Source of the DNA: Phoronis australis
Lineage: Eukaryota; Animalia; Phoronida
DNA: 64,000 nt
Assembly (NCBI GenBank): GCA_002633005.1
Contig: NMRA01000253.1
Location: forward strand, 259,251-323,250
Reading direction: 5' to 3'
Part shown: positions 24,571-36,896 of the stretch, piece after piece
Layout: every line of letters begins with the position of its first letter
How positions within the stretch are numbered: position 1 is the stretch's first letter
Notes under the pieces: generated by a model
Databases searched by the model: none
Told to the model about the DNA's origin: nothing
Seen by the model: only the letters and a program-made list of their open reading frames with translations
Translations under genes and position numbers: made by a program

Positions 24571-26139
24571 AGCACGTTGGCACGCGTGTCGAATAATTAA
24601 GTTCGCGACCTAATTTCGGCGTTATTTCTAACCCTTACAATTTTGGTAAGAGAGCTTACACGGTATGTGTGATACAAAGGGATTCTACTGATATCACGAG
24701 CTTGACGAGATTAAACAAGATCACAGGGACGAAAGAACAGTCGCTGTAAGTGCATCGAGAGAGACCGGTCTTACGTCACATATCGCCCCTGACAGAGTGA
24801 ACATTTAAAGGGTGTACGTCATCAACTTCACTCTGTAAAGAATTGACAGGAAATTCAAATCAGCTGCACTTTACAGGTCAAACACTGTGATTGAAAGATA
24901 ATTTGCTTGGCGATACCAACATAAAGCACTGATCAATCGTCTCAAAATTTTTGTTTACATTACTCCAATCAATCGAACAGTTTTCTTTTTTTCAGAGGAC
25001 GTGAATTACATGAAAGTGCTTTCAGGTCTAGAGGAAAATGTAATGGGCGTCTGTACACGCCTATGTGAGCTGTCTATTGGCGGAAGCTGTAAAATTTTTA
25101 GTTTTGATTTTCATTTAATCGATTAAATCTTATACATACCTTCAGGAGTTTTCAGCATCGAAACGACACGTTGACGAACACACACAAATCTGGGCTGCGT
25201 TTTGCAGACCAAAGACGCTAGTCATGGTCTTGCGGAGCGAACACTTGACTCCATGTATTTGGGTAGAAACAGCCGATAATTGACCTATCGCAAGCTCTGC
25301 CCCTATGCGAAAAGTCACGTGATACCCGACAATCGAACGAGATATCGGAGGCAAATGCACTGTCGCTAAACGACGTTCCTGGTGGAATCGATGAGTGTTT
25401 TTGCACTATTTGAAAACGCTTCGACAGAAACAAGAGGCGATGCTTTTCAACAGAGAATCGTACGTTCATGATATGGGAATTTGTAATGGTGACAATGAAA
25501 AAATAAGTGCTCGAGGAGCCAGCGAAAATCCGAAGAGCCCCTTCGCCTCGGGGCCACCTTCACCTGACAAATGACAAGGCCACTGATACGATATGTTCAT
25601 GTAAACCTGGTTATGTACCTTAAATTCGAATTATCTGTACGATTCCATAGAATTTATGATCTTTTGAATAAAATCAGTGAAGATTCACCGATATTTTTAT
25701 TCTGTCGTCTGCTAAATTTCGCCAAATGAAAAGTAGGTCACAACTGGTGGGACTCCTGGAGTAAAGTAGGTCATAGATTACAGACAACACATGCACTACA
25801 ATGTATAGTCTTTGACTAGGTCGACTCGATAGCACTGTTTACGCTTTTCTAATCTTATAACGAAATATTTTGATAAAAAAATTCAGGTTCATAGCTCAGG
25901 TACACACTCGTCTCGTCCTAGGCAAACAGTTAGCTCCGGTAGGTCAAGGGCTGTGTCTAAGTCAAATTAATGTCTGGATCTAATATACCACAGGGGGGCC
26001 CAACATATGTTGCCTCGTGGAATTGGGCAAAGTGTGATTGTATGTGCACAGGCGGCCCGAAAGTTGCAGGGGCCAGGGATCTGGGGTCTGAGCCCCCCTC
26101 TTCTGCTAGCGGTCTTAGCTACTGAACTCAACATTTCCT

Positions 26140-26220
26140 CATGCTTCACGCTCTTGCAGTTTCATTTTGCTTGCGGCAGCTAAGGGGGGGGGGGNCTGCC
26201 CCTCCCTAAATCCGCCAGAA
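26140..26220 (-). repeat. Dispersed repeat end shared with ~54600-54675
   Basis: The reverse complement GCGGATTTAGGG..GCTGCCGCAA..CAAGAGCGT matches 54605-54671. Confidence 0.6.
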
Positions 26221-27254
26221 TTGTCCGTTTGCACCATTAAGACATTTAAATTAGGCCTACCTTCTTATGAACATGGCAGTTTTTTGTATTTTCATTCCAT
26301 AAAGGTAGCTTTCATTTAATTTTGAAGGTAGCATGATCACTGAGTCGTGTTATGGTTACAAAAGGTTACAAGTCTGTTGTGGTAGGTGCAAAAATAGGGT
26401 ATTTGCAAAAATAACTCAAATTCTTTTTTATAGCTTCATAAATCTAAATATCAAGTTTGAACAACTTTAAAATGAGCTCTCTCTAACTCTAAAGACATAG
26501 TGTATACTAGAGGTACACGTCAACAAAGAAATTCAACAGTTTATTTTTAGTGACGACAGCTCGACCAAGGCTTTAAATTCCGGCAGTAATCCAATGTCCT
26601 GTGCCGATGGAATCTCTGAATTTTGACCGGGAGAGAAGTTCAGTTGAACGCCAGCCTACCGTTTATGAATAACAAAAATGTACATCTGATTTATCAAGTT
26701 ATCCGAGTTATCAAGCAACATCGCTAAGTTCAGTTGCTCGTGCGGCCGTACAGTTTGATCGATAGTTTACGCTTTTCAATATCATTTTTCGGCTTAGGAC
26801 ATGCCAAAAATGACGGGATATTATTTTGGCGCAGCATAACGGATGTCGGTGCACACGCCATATCAACACCGTTTCCCCATTCTTAGCGGACAATTTCTTG
26901 AGCTACATGTATAGACTAAAGTAAGTTTTACTCGACTCTACGTGTGGTTTTTCGGGTAAAATGGCGGCTTGGAAACGCAGACGAAGGTGTGCCAAGAATG
27001 CCGCGTTCTGATTGGTCAATTAAGCCGTCCGTCATAATCCTGGCGATAGGTTAATTGTGTATGATATATATGCCATAATACAACATTCCGCGTACTTGCA
27101 AAAAACTAGCCTTTCTCTCGCGGGATTTTGCGCAGTATTGTAAGATTTCGCTTTTCTCTCTAGTCACTTGCCCTGCGACACGCACCAAAGGTACACTGTA
27201 CTTATTATTTGACACCAGCTAGTTTTTATTACCAACTATTTTGGTTATTTCCAG

Positions 27255-27418
27255 CTCATTTGCTGACGGTGTTTATGATCATGGACGTGGAGTACCAGTT
27301 GAGCATACCCTTGACCGACTACTTCCATTTACCGAATATGTGATAAGGATCACTGCTACAAATGTGAGGCCGTTTGGAGTAAACACAGCTTTTACTGAAA
27401 CCAATTTTACCACCCACT
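27255..27418 (+). CDS. Exon 3: second half of FN3 domain
   Basis: tttccAG|, phase 2; HTLDRLLPFTEYVIRITATN fits the FN3 L-P-x-T-x-Y-x-I-x-x-x-A-x-N pattern; donor T|gtaagt, phase 1. Confidence 0.85.
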
Positions 27419-28218
27419 GTAAGTTCTTTAACGTAACCCTTACATTAAAAGTGGTTGAGGAAAGGGCTTTGTTTGTTTATGTCATCGTTACTCTTGAATA
27501 TACGGGGTTGATACATGATGGAAGTCCACTGAAATAAAGACGTCCACCGAAGAAGTAGCTTAACAATCACTTAACACTGGCGTTTTATAACAGCTAAAGA
27601 CGGGTATAAGAACAAAAGCAATTACAATGAAAACACCAATTCTGTGCAGAATACCAAAAAGAATACTGATTTATAAGTGCTGTCGTATTCAAACGTCTTC
27701 CGTCATTAAACAACTGCATTTGATTTAAGCAATTTACCGCTGAGAAATTGACTTCAAGTTGTTACTTGAGGAAAGTACAATGATTTCTCTGACCCGTTCC
27801 AGTTATAAATATCCATGTACCTTCTTTTAGCGCTTAATGTCACTAAAATGAAATGGTCACGTGACCAAATGAATACCAAATTGGCTAAAATTATCAAAAA
27901 AATCAAATTAAACCTGCTTTCCACTTTCAGAAAAAATATACTTTCAGAAAATTAAAATCAATATCTATGTAGAAATTTGGCAAATACACAGGTCTACGCA
28001 CAATGTAATTCTTTCTGAAAAAACTATGAAATCTCACGCGGGTAAAATTTACTTCTTATTTTCTTTCATGAAAAAGATCTAGGGCTTCATGTAGGACAAA
28101 CAAGGAGAAAGAGACAGACTCTCGCTGTGTGCATTTCCAAAGATATTTTGATTTAATATTAAATTGTTTATATACCTACAGAATGTTGATTATTTGGAAC
28201 TTCTGGCTTCGATTACAG

Positions 28219-28373
28219 ACCCATCGTCCTGTTCAGGATACAAAAATGTCGGTTTCACTACCAGCGATAATTACTTCATCGACACTGACGACAACAACTA
28301 CGGCCTTGACCCTTTCCTTGTTTACTGCGACATGTCGACGACACCACCCAGCACTGTGTTTCACCACGATCAG
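28219..28373 (+). CDS. Exon 4: start of fibrinogen-like domain
   Basis: gattacAG|, phase 1; YPSSCSGYK..NYFIDTD..LDPFLVYCDM..TVFHHDQ; donor CAG|gtttgg, phase 0. Confidence 0.85.
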
Positions 28374-28499
28374 GTTTGGCTTGGCAGCAGACGCATCCAT
28401 TTTGCTCACCTCCACAAACTTCCAATGGTCACCCCAGGAAATCTACCTTTGACAAAAAGAACTGACTATGGCATTAGACCACTTAGCGTTGTAAAATTG

Positions 28500-28734
28500 G
28501 GACCCGTTCCTAGAAAGTTGGCTTAGCTATGACAAATCTTAAACTTAAATCGATTTAAAGTCAAAACTAAAAATTGTATCAAGTCTGTTTCAAGAAAATG
28601 ATCTTAAGCTTGACTTAAGTTTTGTCGTGAAATTGACATAATTTATCGGATCTGGAAGTTTCAAAGTTTCGAAGTTGTGACCAATCATAGAGTTAATTAA
28701 AAATGAAATTAAGTTAGTTTCTTGGAGCTGGCCA
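28500..28734. mobile_element. Possible small Harbinger-like MITE
   Basis: GACCCGTTCCTAGAAA vs TTTCTTGGAGCTGGCC imperfect inverted ends, with internal CTTAAG-rich repeats. Confidence 0.35.
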
Positions 28735-29605
28735 CAGGGATTAAGACGAATTATTTGTTCTTTCTTTGAAGTGCATAAAGTCTATAAAGAAGACTTTTTG
28801 GCACGAGAAGCAATTGGGCTTTTGCGGCTTTAAGAAAACGGATAGATTTTCCATACATGTACAGTGTATGTTGCCGTGCGCTTTATGTTATGAGAATGCA
28901 ATGGAGCTGTCTCGGTCCTTGTTCCTTAGCCAGCCGAGTCTCTATCAAATGGTTACGTGTTTCAACATCAGTACTGTACCACCGCCGGCACACGTCGGGC
29001 TTCTGTGGATCTAAAGTATATTACAGCGACCTACAAAACTTTGGATCACGTGTCTCATACCCTATCTGTCACAACTCATTACATAGATTTTTTTACCATT
29101 TTGTAGTGCTTTATGCGCATACATTTGATTTTAATCGCGTTAAACGGAAAGATATAACCACTTGACCCTCTCGGCGAGAGACTTAGAAATCAAATTGGGT
29201 TACGGACAAGTTCTACTTTCACGAAACATGCATGCATGTGTAGTAGCAGAAGATTAGTCCAGAAACCAAAAATTGTATTTATGTAACCTGGGTTTGCCTG
29301 TAATTTTTTCTTTGCAGTTTATTGTAACCAAAGGCTAGGTAATTATGATTCAGGGGCGGTGATCTTTTGCAACCCTTGTTATGAATATGAAAATAAGTGC
29401 CACCATAATGCAAAATTCAATTTATTCTGATAATTTCCATACCGAGCTCCACAGGCATCATTATCTTAAACTTTTAGCCTCCTTTCTTATCTAGTAAATT
29501 TATTTCCATAGCTTTCTAGGTTTGTGGATAGATATATGTACTCTATACATACATGAAAATATACTTATACTAGTCACGTGAACAAAATATGGTGTACCAT
29601 TTCAG

Positions 29606-29879
29606 GAGAGGCAGATGACTTTTCAGTCTCGTACCCAAGAAGCCAAACTGGTGTTCGAGGTCACGTACGGCCCAAGCATGGATCAAATAGGCGCGGTAAT
29701 GAACGCTTCAAGCGAGTGTAAGCAGCATTTGAAGAGAGTCTGTCACGCCTCCTGTGCGTCAAAGCACGGTAACACCTACTTTTCTTGGTGGTATGGTCGA
29801 AGCAACGTACAGCTGAAGTACTGGGCAGACGCAGCAACCGTTGGATGTCACTGCAATAGGAACAACTCGTGCTTGGGCG
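29606..29879 (+). CDS. Exon 5: Caspr-type fibrinogen-like domain core
   Basis: tttcAG|, phase 0; VTYGPSMDQIGAVMNASSECKQHLKRVC..SWWYGRSNVQLKYW..CHC..SC; donor G|gtaaat, phase 1. Confidence 0.9.
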
Positions 29880-31154
29880 GTAAATACAAAACACAAAATA
29901 ATAATCTGACGTCGTTTAATCGGCCATGTGTACTAACACTTTCAGAAACTGAATACGGGGCATCAAACTGAGATGCCTTCCGGAGGTTAAGTTTCTAAGG
30001 CAAATGCAAGATCTTGAAAGAAAACACAAAAACACGCTGGTGAAAGGCGAGTGCTTCGCTTGTGTTCCCGAGACCTTAGTAGCATAGCCTATGAAAATTG
30101 TGGCCACGCAAAGTGAATCTACTACGAAGTTTGGTTGTTGAATTATGGAATATAATTCATACATTATGAGATTACACAGGCGGAGATTTTTCAATAAAGT
30201 ACTCGGTGTTTAGTGTTTAGGCCTGCGGAATGCAGCCCTAGTTCTGAAATTGCAGAACCCCTGTTACTTTTGACGTTGGTATCAATGGTCTACAATACGT
30301 CCAGGTCATCCCTGGTTGAGCAAGAGAAAATCGAAATCACGCACTACAAACGAAGCACCTGATGAAACAAGCTTTAACTGCGATTGTCAAGCGTCTACAT
30401 GTACAGATCTAAACACTATCAGCGGTAGGCACAATCGTAGAAAAGTTACGATGCGTGTCAGAAAATTTATAAGAGCCAACGACGGGTCAATCTGCAAAAT
30501 GTAATGGTCGGGAATACAGAAGCCCTTTGATGCCAACCAGTTGCTGGATATATCGCGATCAATACAAGGAGACACAAGCAAAATACTCATGACTTCCTTT
30601 GCGGTTTTTTGGTGACCTCACGTTTTTTTCATTTTCCTTTGATGATGCCAAAAAACAGGAATCCTTATCGATTTTAGCGAAGTCTTAAAGGCATGCTCTT
30701 AACTATGCAAACGTATAGCAGGAACTAAATAACAATGCTCTTTGCACATCATATGTACTAAACGAAGTGCAGTTATTTTGACTGACAACTTTTCAATATG
30801 AAAAAAATGTATTCTGCCAATATGTGAGCTTTGCACTAATGGCGTACCTAAGGGCTCTTCGTGTCCAATTAATTCAAGAATGTAATAATGACTAACTGTG
30901 TTTGCCTCTCACCTCTTGAACAACAAAAGTTTTACTTTGAATTTTCACATAGAATTAGCAAAACAAACATGGTTCTCAAGCACATGCGCACTTGAAGGTG
31001 TCATCCGATTTAATTAGTCTTTTTACCGTCTTAATCTTTCTATATCCACATCGCCTCACATACGGTCGACCTTACGTTGCCGAGAGGTTTTGCGTTAACC
31101 TGTGAGGAAGATGAGAAACGACGCAGCGACGACAGTGATTCACTTGCAGAGTGA

Positions 31155-31420
31155 ATGTCGCAATGTTGCGGTGAATCCTTCCCGCTTGTCCGAACTATGC
31201 AGCTGCAAGGAAAGGGGGTATGTCGTTTTTTCGACTTCCTTGAGAGTTCGAAATGCTTAGGTAGTAGCTAGTCGTCGTGAAGAATGGAAATACACTGTTA
31301 ATAGCAACGAATATGAGGCCGTGAAACATTGCGTGTCTGTTGCCGGCATTTCGTAGACACTGATTTCTCTGACGAATGTCGGCTTATCAAAGAACTATCC
31401 ATACGTTCCGTTACCTGTGC
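31155..31420 (+). pseudogene. Degraded THAP zinc-finger domain (DNA transposon remnant)
   Basis: MSQCC.., MSFFRLP and ETLRVCCRHFVDTDF recognisable across frameshifts and stops. Confidence 0.55.
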
Positions 31421-31605
31421 ATATTCACAGCACCTCCGTAGTATTTCTTGATCACTGTATTCCGGTTCGAACTGATAGCCAGTTAAACTTAACGATCCAC
31501 CTACAAAGTCTTCGTCGGATGAGCTCTCGAGTTGCCACGTTGACGTTTATTATTCTGTGTTCTGTTTCAAAATGAATTATTCTCACGCTAACCAATGCTT
31601 ATATA

Positions 31606-34419
31606 AAACTGAAACAAAGTGTTTCCTTTAGGTACAATTTGTATTGCCTTTCGAGTGTTCATGAGTGCAAAAGTTTTGAGAAGACAGAAATGAATAAACC
31701 ACTGCTTTACCGGCTTCAGATGCAATAAAGATAATTAACCGGGCACCGAAACCGTGTGAGCGCATGCTAATTCTGTGTTTGCTGACAGAAAGCTGCTGTG
31801 AAACAATAACTCAATTTTATATGCTATGTTAGGGGATTATTTAGTTTGATATACAAATACATAATTCACATCATTGTTACTGTACAACTTTTGCCCTGAC
31901 AGTTTTGTAAAAGGACAACTTGACTTCGCAGCCCCCGACCAATAAGAAGATTTGTACTTTCCCGGCCAATTCACCGAAATAATTACGTGCACATTATTTC
32001 TTTGGCTCACTAGTATAGTCTTTTCGTGACTGGAGGTTAAGTTTCCAACTAAAGCTGGTTTATGATCGTGATGTCCAGTCCGGCGGCCGCTTCGGGCCTG
32101 ATTGGGTTCCGAGACACTGGCTGGGATGACAAGCGTTTTGTGTGTATAGAACTGAAAAAAATCGCAAGTCTGAAAGTACAACAAATAGCTATCTTTCATG
32201 TCTGTATTTCACGGAAGAATCATTCAGATTTATCACCAAATAGACCCAAACTCCCGCAATCGACCATGATAAATTGGCCTACCGAACCTAGGAGTCTACA
32301 CTCCTAGACCGAACTCGTAGGCTACAGTACCTTCAAATACCTATAAATCCGTAACCGTGAAATAAAACAACACGTTTGTTCATGAACTCAACGTATTTGC
32401 AAGAGTTTTATAACGGACTTTGATGATTTATTGGTGTAAAAAGATGAATTCAAGAGATACGTTTACACCAGTAAGCTTGTTGCGAACGGCTGAACAGATT
32501 GCGTTCGAATTGATTACGTCATTGGTTAATTTCAACACCTCCGTCTGTCGTCAGGTGTCAAGAGGTAAAACAACTGAACTTGCTATTATCGAGTGGAACT
32601 ACTCGATCTAAATTGATATAAAATAGGTTGTTTTTGGGTGGTATTCTCCTTTAACGAAAACGGAAACGATAGAGAAAAATGTATTTGGATGCTAGCAAAG
32701 CAGCCCGGCTGTCAAATTTTCGAACAAAGTGGCTACGCCGGCCAGCACAGTTCGAATACTGTTACTTACTGGACACGGTTAAATAATTTATGACAGATTA
32801 TTTTCGACACAAACCTCGTTCTTAAAAACATTTGGCAATTTTCAACCTGTTTTAAATTTACATCTTCGCCATATTGTGTTTCTATCTAAGTTGATTAAGC
32901 AATCACAGAGATAAGAAATTAGTGTTCAAGTTTCACTTGATGTCCGCGCATTGTATGGTTATTTTTGTGCTTTATGCAAAAATATCTGGTAAACGTACTA
33001 AAACAGAAAACCTTNAAACTGAAACAAAGTGTGTCCCTTTAGGTACAATTTGTATTGCCTTTCGAGTGTTCATGAGTGCAAAAGTTTTGAGAAGACAGAA
33101 ATGAATAAACCACTGCTTTATCGGCTTCAGATGCAATAAAGATAATTAACCTGGCACCGAAGCCGTGTGAGCGCATGCTAATTCTGTGTTTGCTGACAGA
33201 AAGCTGCTGTGAAACAATAACTAAATTTTATATGCTATGTTAGGGGAATCTTTAGTTTGATATACAAATACATAATTCACATCATTGTTACTGTACAACT
33301 TTTGCCCTGACAGTTTTGTAAAAGGACAACTTGACTTCGCAACCCCCGACCAATCAGAAGATTTGTACTTTCCTGGCTAATTCACCAAAATAATTACGTG
33401 CACATTATTTCTTTGGCTCACTAGTATAGTCTTTTCGGGACTGGAGGTTAAGTTTCCAACTAAAGCTGGTTTATGATCGTGATGTCCAGTCCGGCGGCCG
33501 CTACGGGCCTGATTGATTTCCGAGACAGTGGCTGGGATGACAAGCGTTTTGTGTGTATAGAACTGAAAAAAATCGCAAGTCTGAAAGCACAACAAATCGC
33601 TATCTTTCATGTCTGTATTTCACGGAAGAATGATTCAAATTTATCACCAAATAGACCCAAACTCCCGCAATCGACCATGATAAATTGGCCTACCGAACCT
33701 AGGAGTCTACACTCCTTGACCGAACTCGTAGGCTACAGTACCTTCAAATACCTATAAATCCGTAACCGTGAAATAAAACAACACGTTTGTTCAAGAACTC
33801 AACGTATTTGCAAGACTTTTATAACGGAATTTGATGATTTATTGGTGTAAAAAGATGAATTCAAGAGATACACCAGTAAGCTTGTTGCGAACGGCTGAAC
33901 AGATTGCGTTCGAATTGATTACGTCATTGGTTAATTTCAACACCTCCGTCTGTCGTCAGGTGTCAAGAGGTAAAACAACTGAACTTGCTATTATCGAGTG
34001 GAACTACTCGATCTAAATTGATATAAAATAGGTTGTTTTTGGGTGGTATTCTCCTTTAACGAAAACGGAAACGATAGAGAAAAATGTATTTGGATGCTAG
34101 CAAAGCAGCCCGGCTGTCAAATTTTCGAACAAAGTGGCTACGCCGGCCAGCACAGTTCGAATACTGTTACTTACTGGACACGGTTAAATAATTTATGACA
34201 GATTATTTTCGACACAAACCTCGTTCTTAAAAACATTTGGCAATTTTCAACCTGTTTTAAATTTACATCTTCGCCATATTGTGTTTCTATCTAAGTTGAT
34301 TAAGCAATCACAGAGATAAGAAATTAGTGTTCAAGTTTCACTTGATGTCCGCGCATTGTATGGTTATTTTTGTGCTTTATGCAAAAATATCTGGTAAACG
34401 TACTAAAACAGAAAACCTT
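31606..34419 (+). repeat. 1.4-kb tandem duplication (31606-33014, 33016-34419) joined by a single N
   Basis: Near-identical copies with scattered SNPs and one small indel; N at 33015 exactly at the junction. Confidence 0.95.
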
Positions 34420-34922
34420 CTTCCGGTCCTTGCCCGAACCGTGTCAAAAGGCAACAGTATAGGCTTCATATTATAAAAAATGTTGCTTATAGTACATATT
34501 TTAGTGCGAAGATGCCTGAAATGTTAAATAAATTACATACATGTATACTAAACCCAATTTTGCTCTATAAATGAAAAATGAGTACAGTTCAGTTAATTTG
34601 AAACGAAATAATGCTATGTCAAAATCCAAATGCCCACACTGCCCAAGTCTGCAAAGTTGACAACGTATGGCTTACGCTTATAGCAAACTTGTCGACGGTT
34701 GTGTGGAAAGACCTCCCAGATCCTAAACCACAATATCTCTATTGCGACCAAATTAAGTATTTTAGCTGACTGGTGCTTTTGAAAAGCTGGTGGCGAACAA
34801 AACGTCATTAGCAGATGATATGCCTTGGATTGAACAAAATCTCAAAAACAGTGTTTAGTTCACATTAAGTTTCACCCAGTGTTTCAATCTGAATGTAAAC
34901 CTGAGGTTCTCTTGATTTTTAG

Positions 34923-35086
34923 GTAAAACATGCAACTGTGACGTCAATACAAAAGAATGGCTGGTCGACGAGGGCTACATAGAATCAAAAGACGACCTAC
35001 CGCTGATCCAGTTTTATCAGGGGGACATCGATGCAAAACAAGAAATAACAAATATAACTTTGGGCCCACTCATATGTGTAAATTAA
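34923..35086 (+). CDS. Exon 6 (last): end of Caspr-type fibrinogen-like domain
   Basis: tttttAG|, phase 1; GKTCNCDVNTKEWLVDEGYIESKDDLPLIQFYQGD..TLGPLICVN*; AATAAA near 35244. Confidence 0.9.
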
Positions 35087-36896
35087 AGTGGGATAATCAT
35101 GTATATAGTTAAGTTTGGGTGAACATTTTTTCCACAGTTTACGTGAACGTAAACGCACATTCGTAAAAGACTATCACGGGAGTAAATAGGTGGTCAGTGC
35201 GAAACTTAAACATAGAATGCTATCCAATATTCGCCGTTTTTGAAATAAATATGTACATGCACGAGCCATGGTATTTATAATCAATACAAACCATCATTTA
35301 AACAATAATTCGTTGGGACTTAAACGACAAAAATCGTTGATATGAACACAAACTTTTACTGTTCGTTTTTCCCGGACAAGAAAGACACTTAAGACTCATG
35401 AATAAGTGAACAATACGAGCAGTCTTACTCTCAGAAGTTCATAAACTGCTCAAATTATTGACACCAATTTCTCTTCCAGATGCACTTTATAATAATCGCA
35501 CACGTCACTACTGTAAAATTATTTTGGCTATAAATAAACAAGAACAAACCTTCAGACTGTATCTGGAATGAGCTTATCAATGCTTAGTTTTTGTATATAT
35601 GATCCTTTAAAGGTATAAAGACATAAAACCATCCATGCCTCGGAAAAAAGAAATGCGATATTATCTTTGACGTTTTTTATATTTACAAGTACATAGGACG
35701 TAATCTGCACCTAGTTTGAACTGAAACAAGGTAAATAACCCTAAGACAGAAAAACGACATAAACGACATTTATTAATGTCCACAAAACTTAAACTACACA
35801 ACACACATTGTAATTAAACAAAACGTCAAAATATTGACACTTAATGATATAAAAACGCTACACTAATGGGTATCAATAACATACATGCAAAACAATAAAA
35901 GTATCAAAAACAGAAATGTTATTTGCTACATTGAAAATGCAACATAATGCAATACCATGAGATATAATTGACTACTAAGAATTGTAAAATGCAATGTGGT
36001 AAACACCCTAGTAAATAAAGTTCAACGCAATACCACATGGTATAACATTAACTTTTTATGAACATTCATGGGGTATAGAGAAATACACATCAAACATGAT
36101 CAAAAAGGGAAGACGCATATGAACATTTTATGTAAACATTATAATTAGGCTCCTATGACGTAAGCAATTAAATGGGATGGAGAATGGGTAAAATGAATTA
36201 TCCTGCTGCTATTTACAGAAATGTTCGACATATGTTCAAACAAACACTACAAAACCAGATTTCTTCTCCCACTTTGGGCAAAGATTTAAAACTCGCCCTG
36301 GCCCGTAGATATCTTAAAAGAGAGGACTCTTTTTGATAAAATGTAATTACTATTGACGCAACGTATTTGGAAATATGACAACTTTCTGGAAGAAAACAAT
36401 TTTTGCGAGAAAAGAAGAATTTTGGAATCGACCTTTGTGGTTCACTAGGAACCTGGGGATCAGAGGCAAGGGTGTTTTTTTAAGTCTTGGTTTGTAAAAG
36501 ACTCACTATCCATTACAGTAATATATGATGGCAATTTCGTTAGTTTAGTTCATATGATCAAGGCGTTTGATGAGAAAACCAACTTTGCAGAGTATAATGG
36601 TGTTGTTTCTGTGCTAAGAACGTTTCAAAAAAGTTTATTGCAAGTAATTGTTAATATCTGTTCTCCTTGCGTTCCTTTGGCAATAACTCAATTACGGAAG
36701 GATTTGGTGGGCTGTAGACATACATGTACTGTACATGTAATTGTTCATTCTTACATCACTTCAAGAAACCTTCTAAGTAAGAGCGTATATGGGAAAAAGA
36801 GATTTAAAAGATTGGAATAAAATATACTTTACCATATGAAAATTAATTACAAATAATCCCAACATTAGATGGTCTCAATTTAGAGTATTACACCGG

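Noticed and set aside
34923-35086. Calling the fibrinogen-like exons a Caspr/neurexin IV ortholog
   Set aside because: No LamG, EGF, discoidin or TM exons found, and the frame stops right after the domain.
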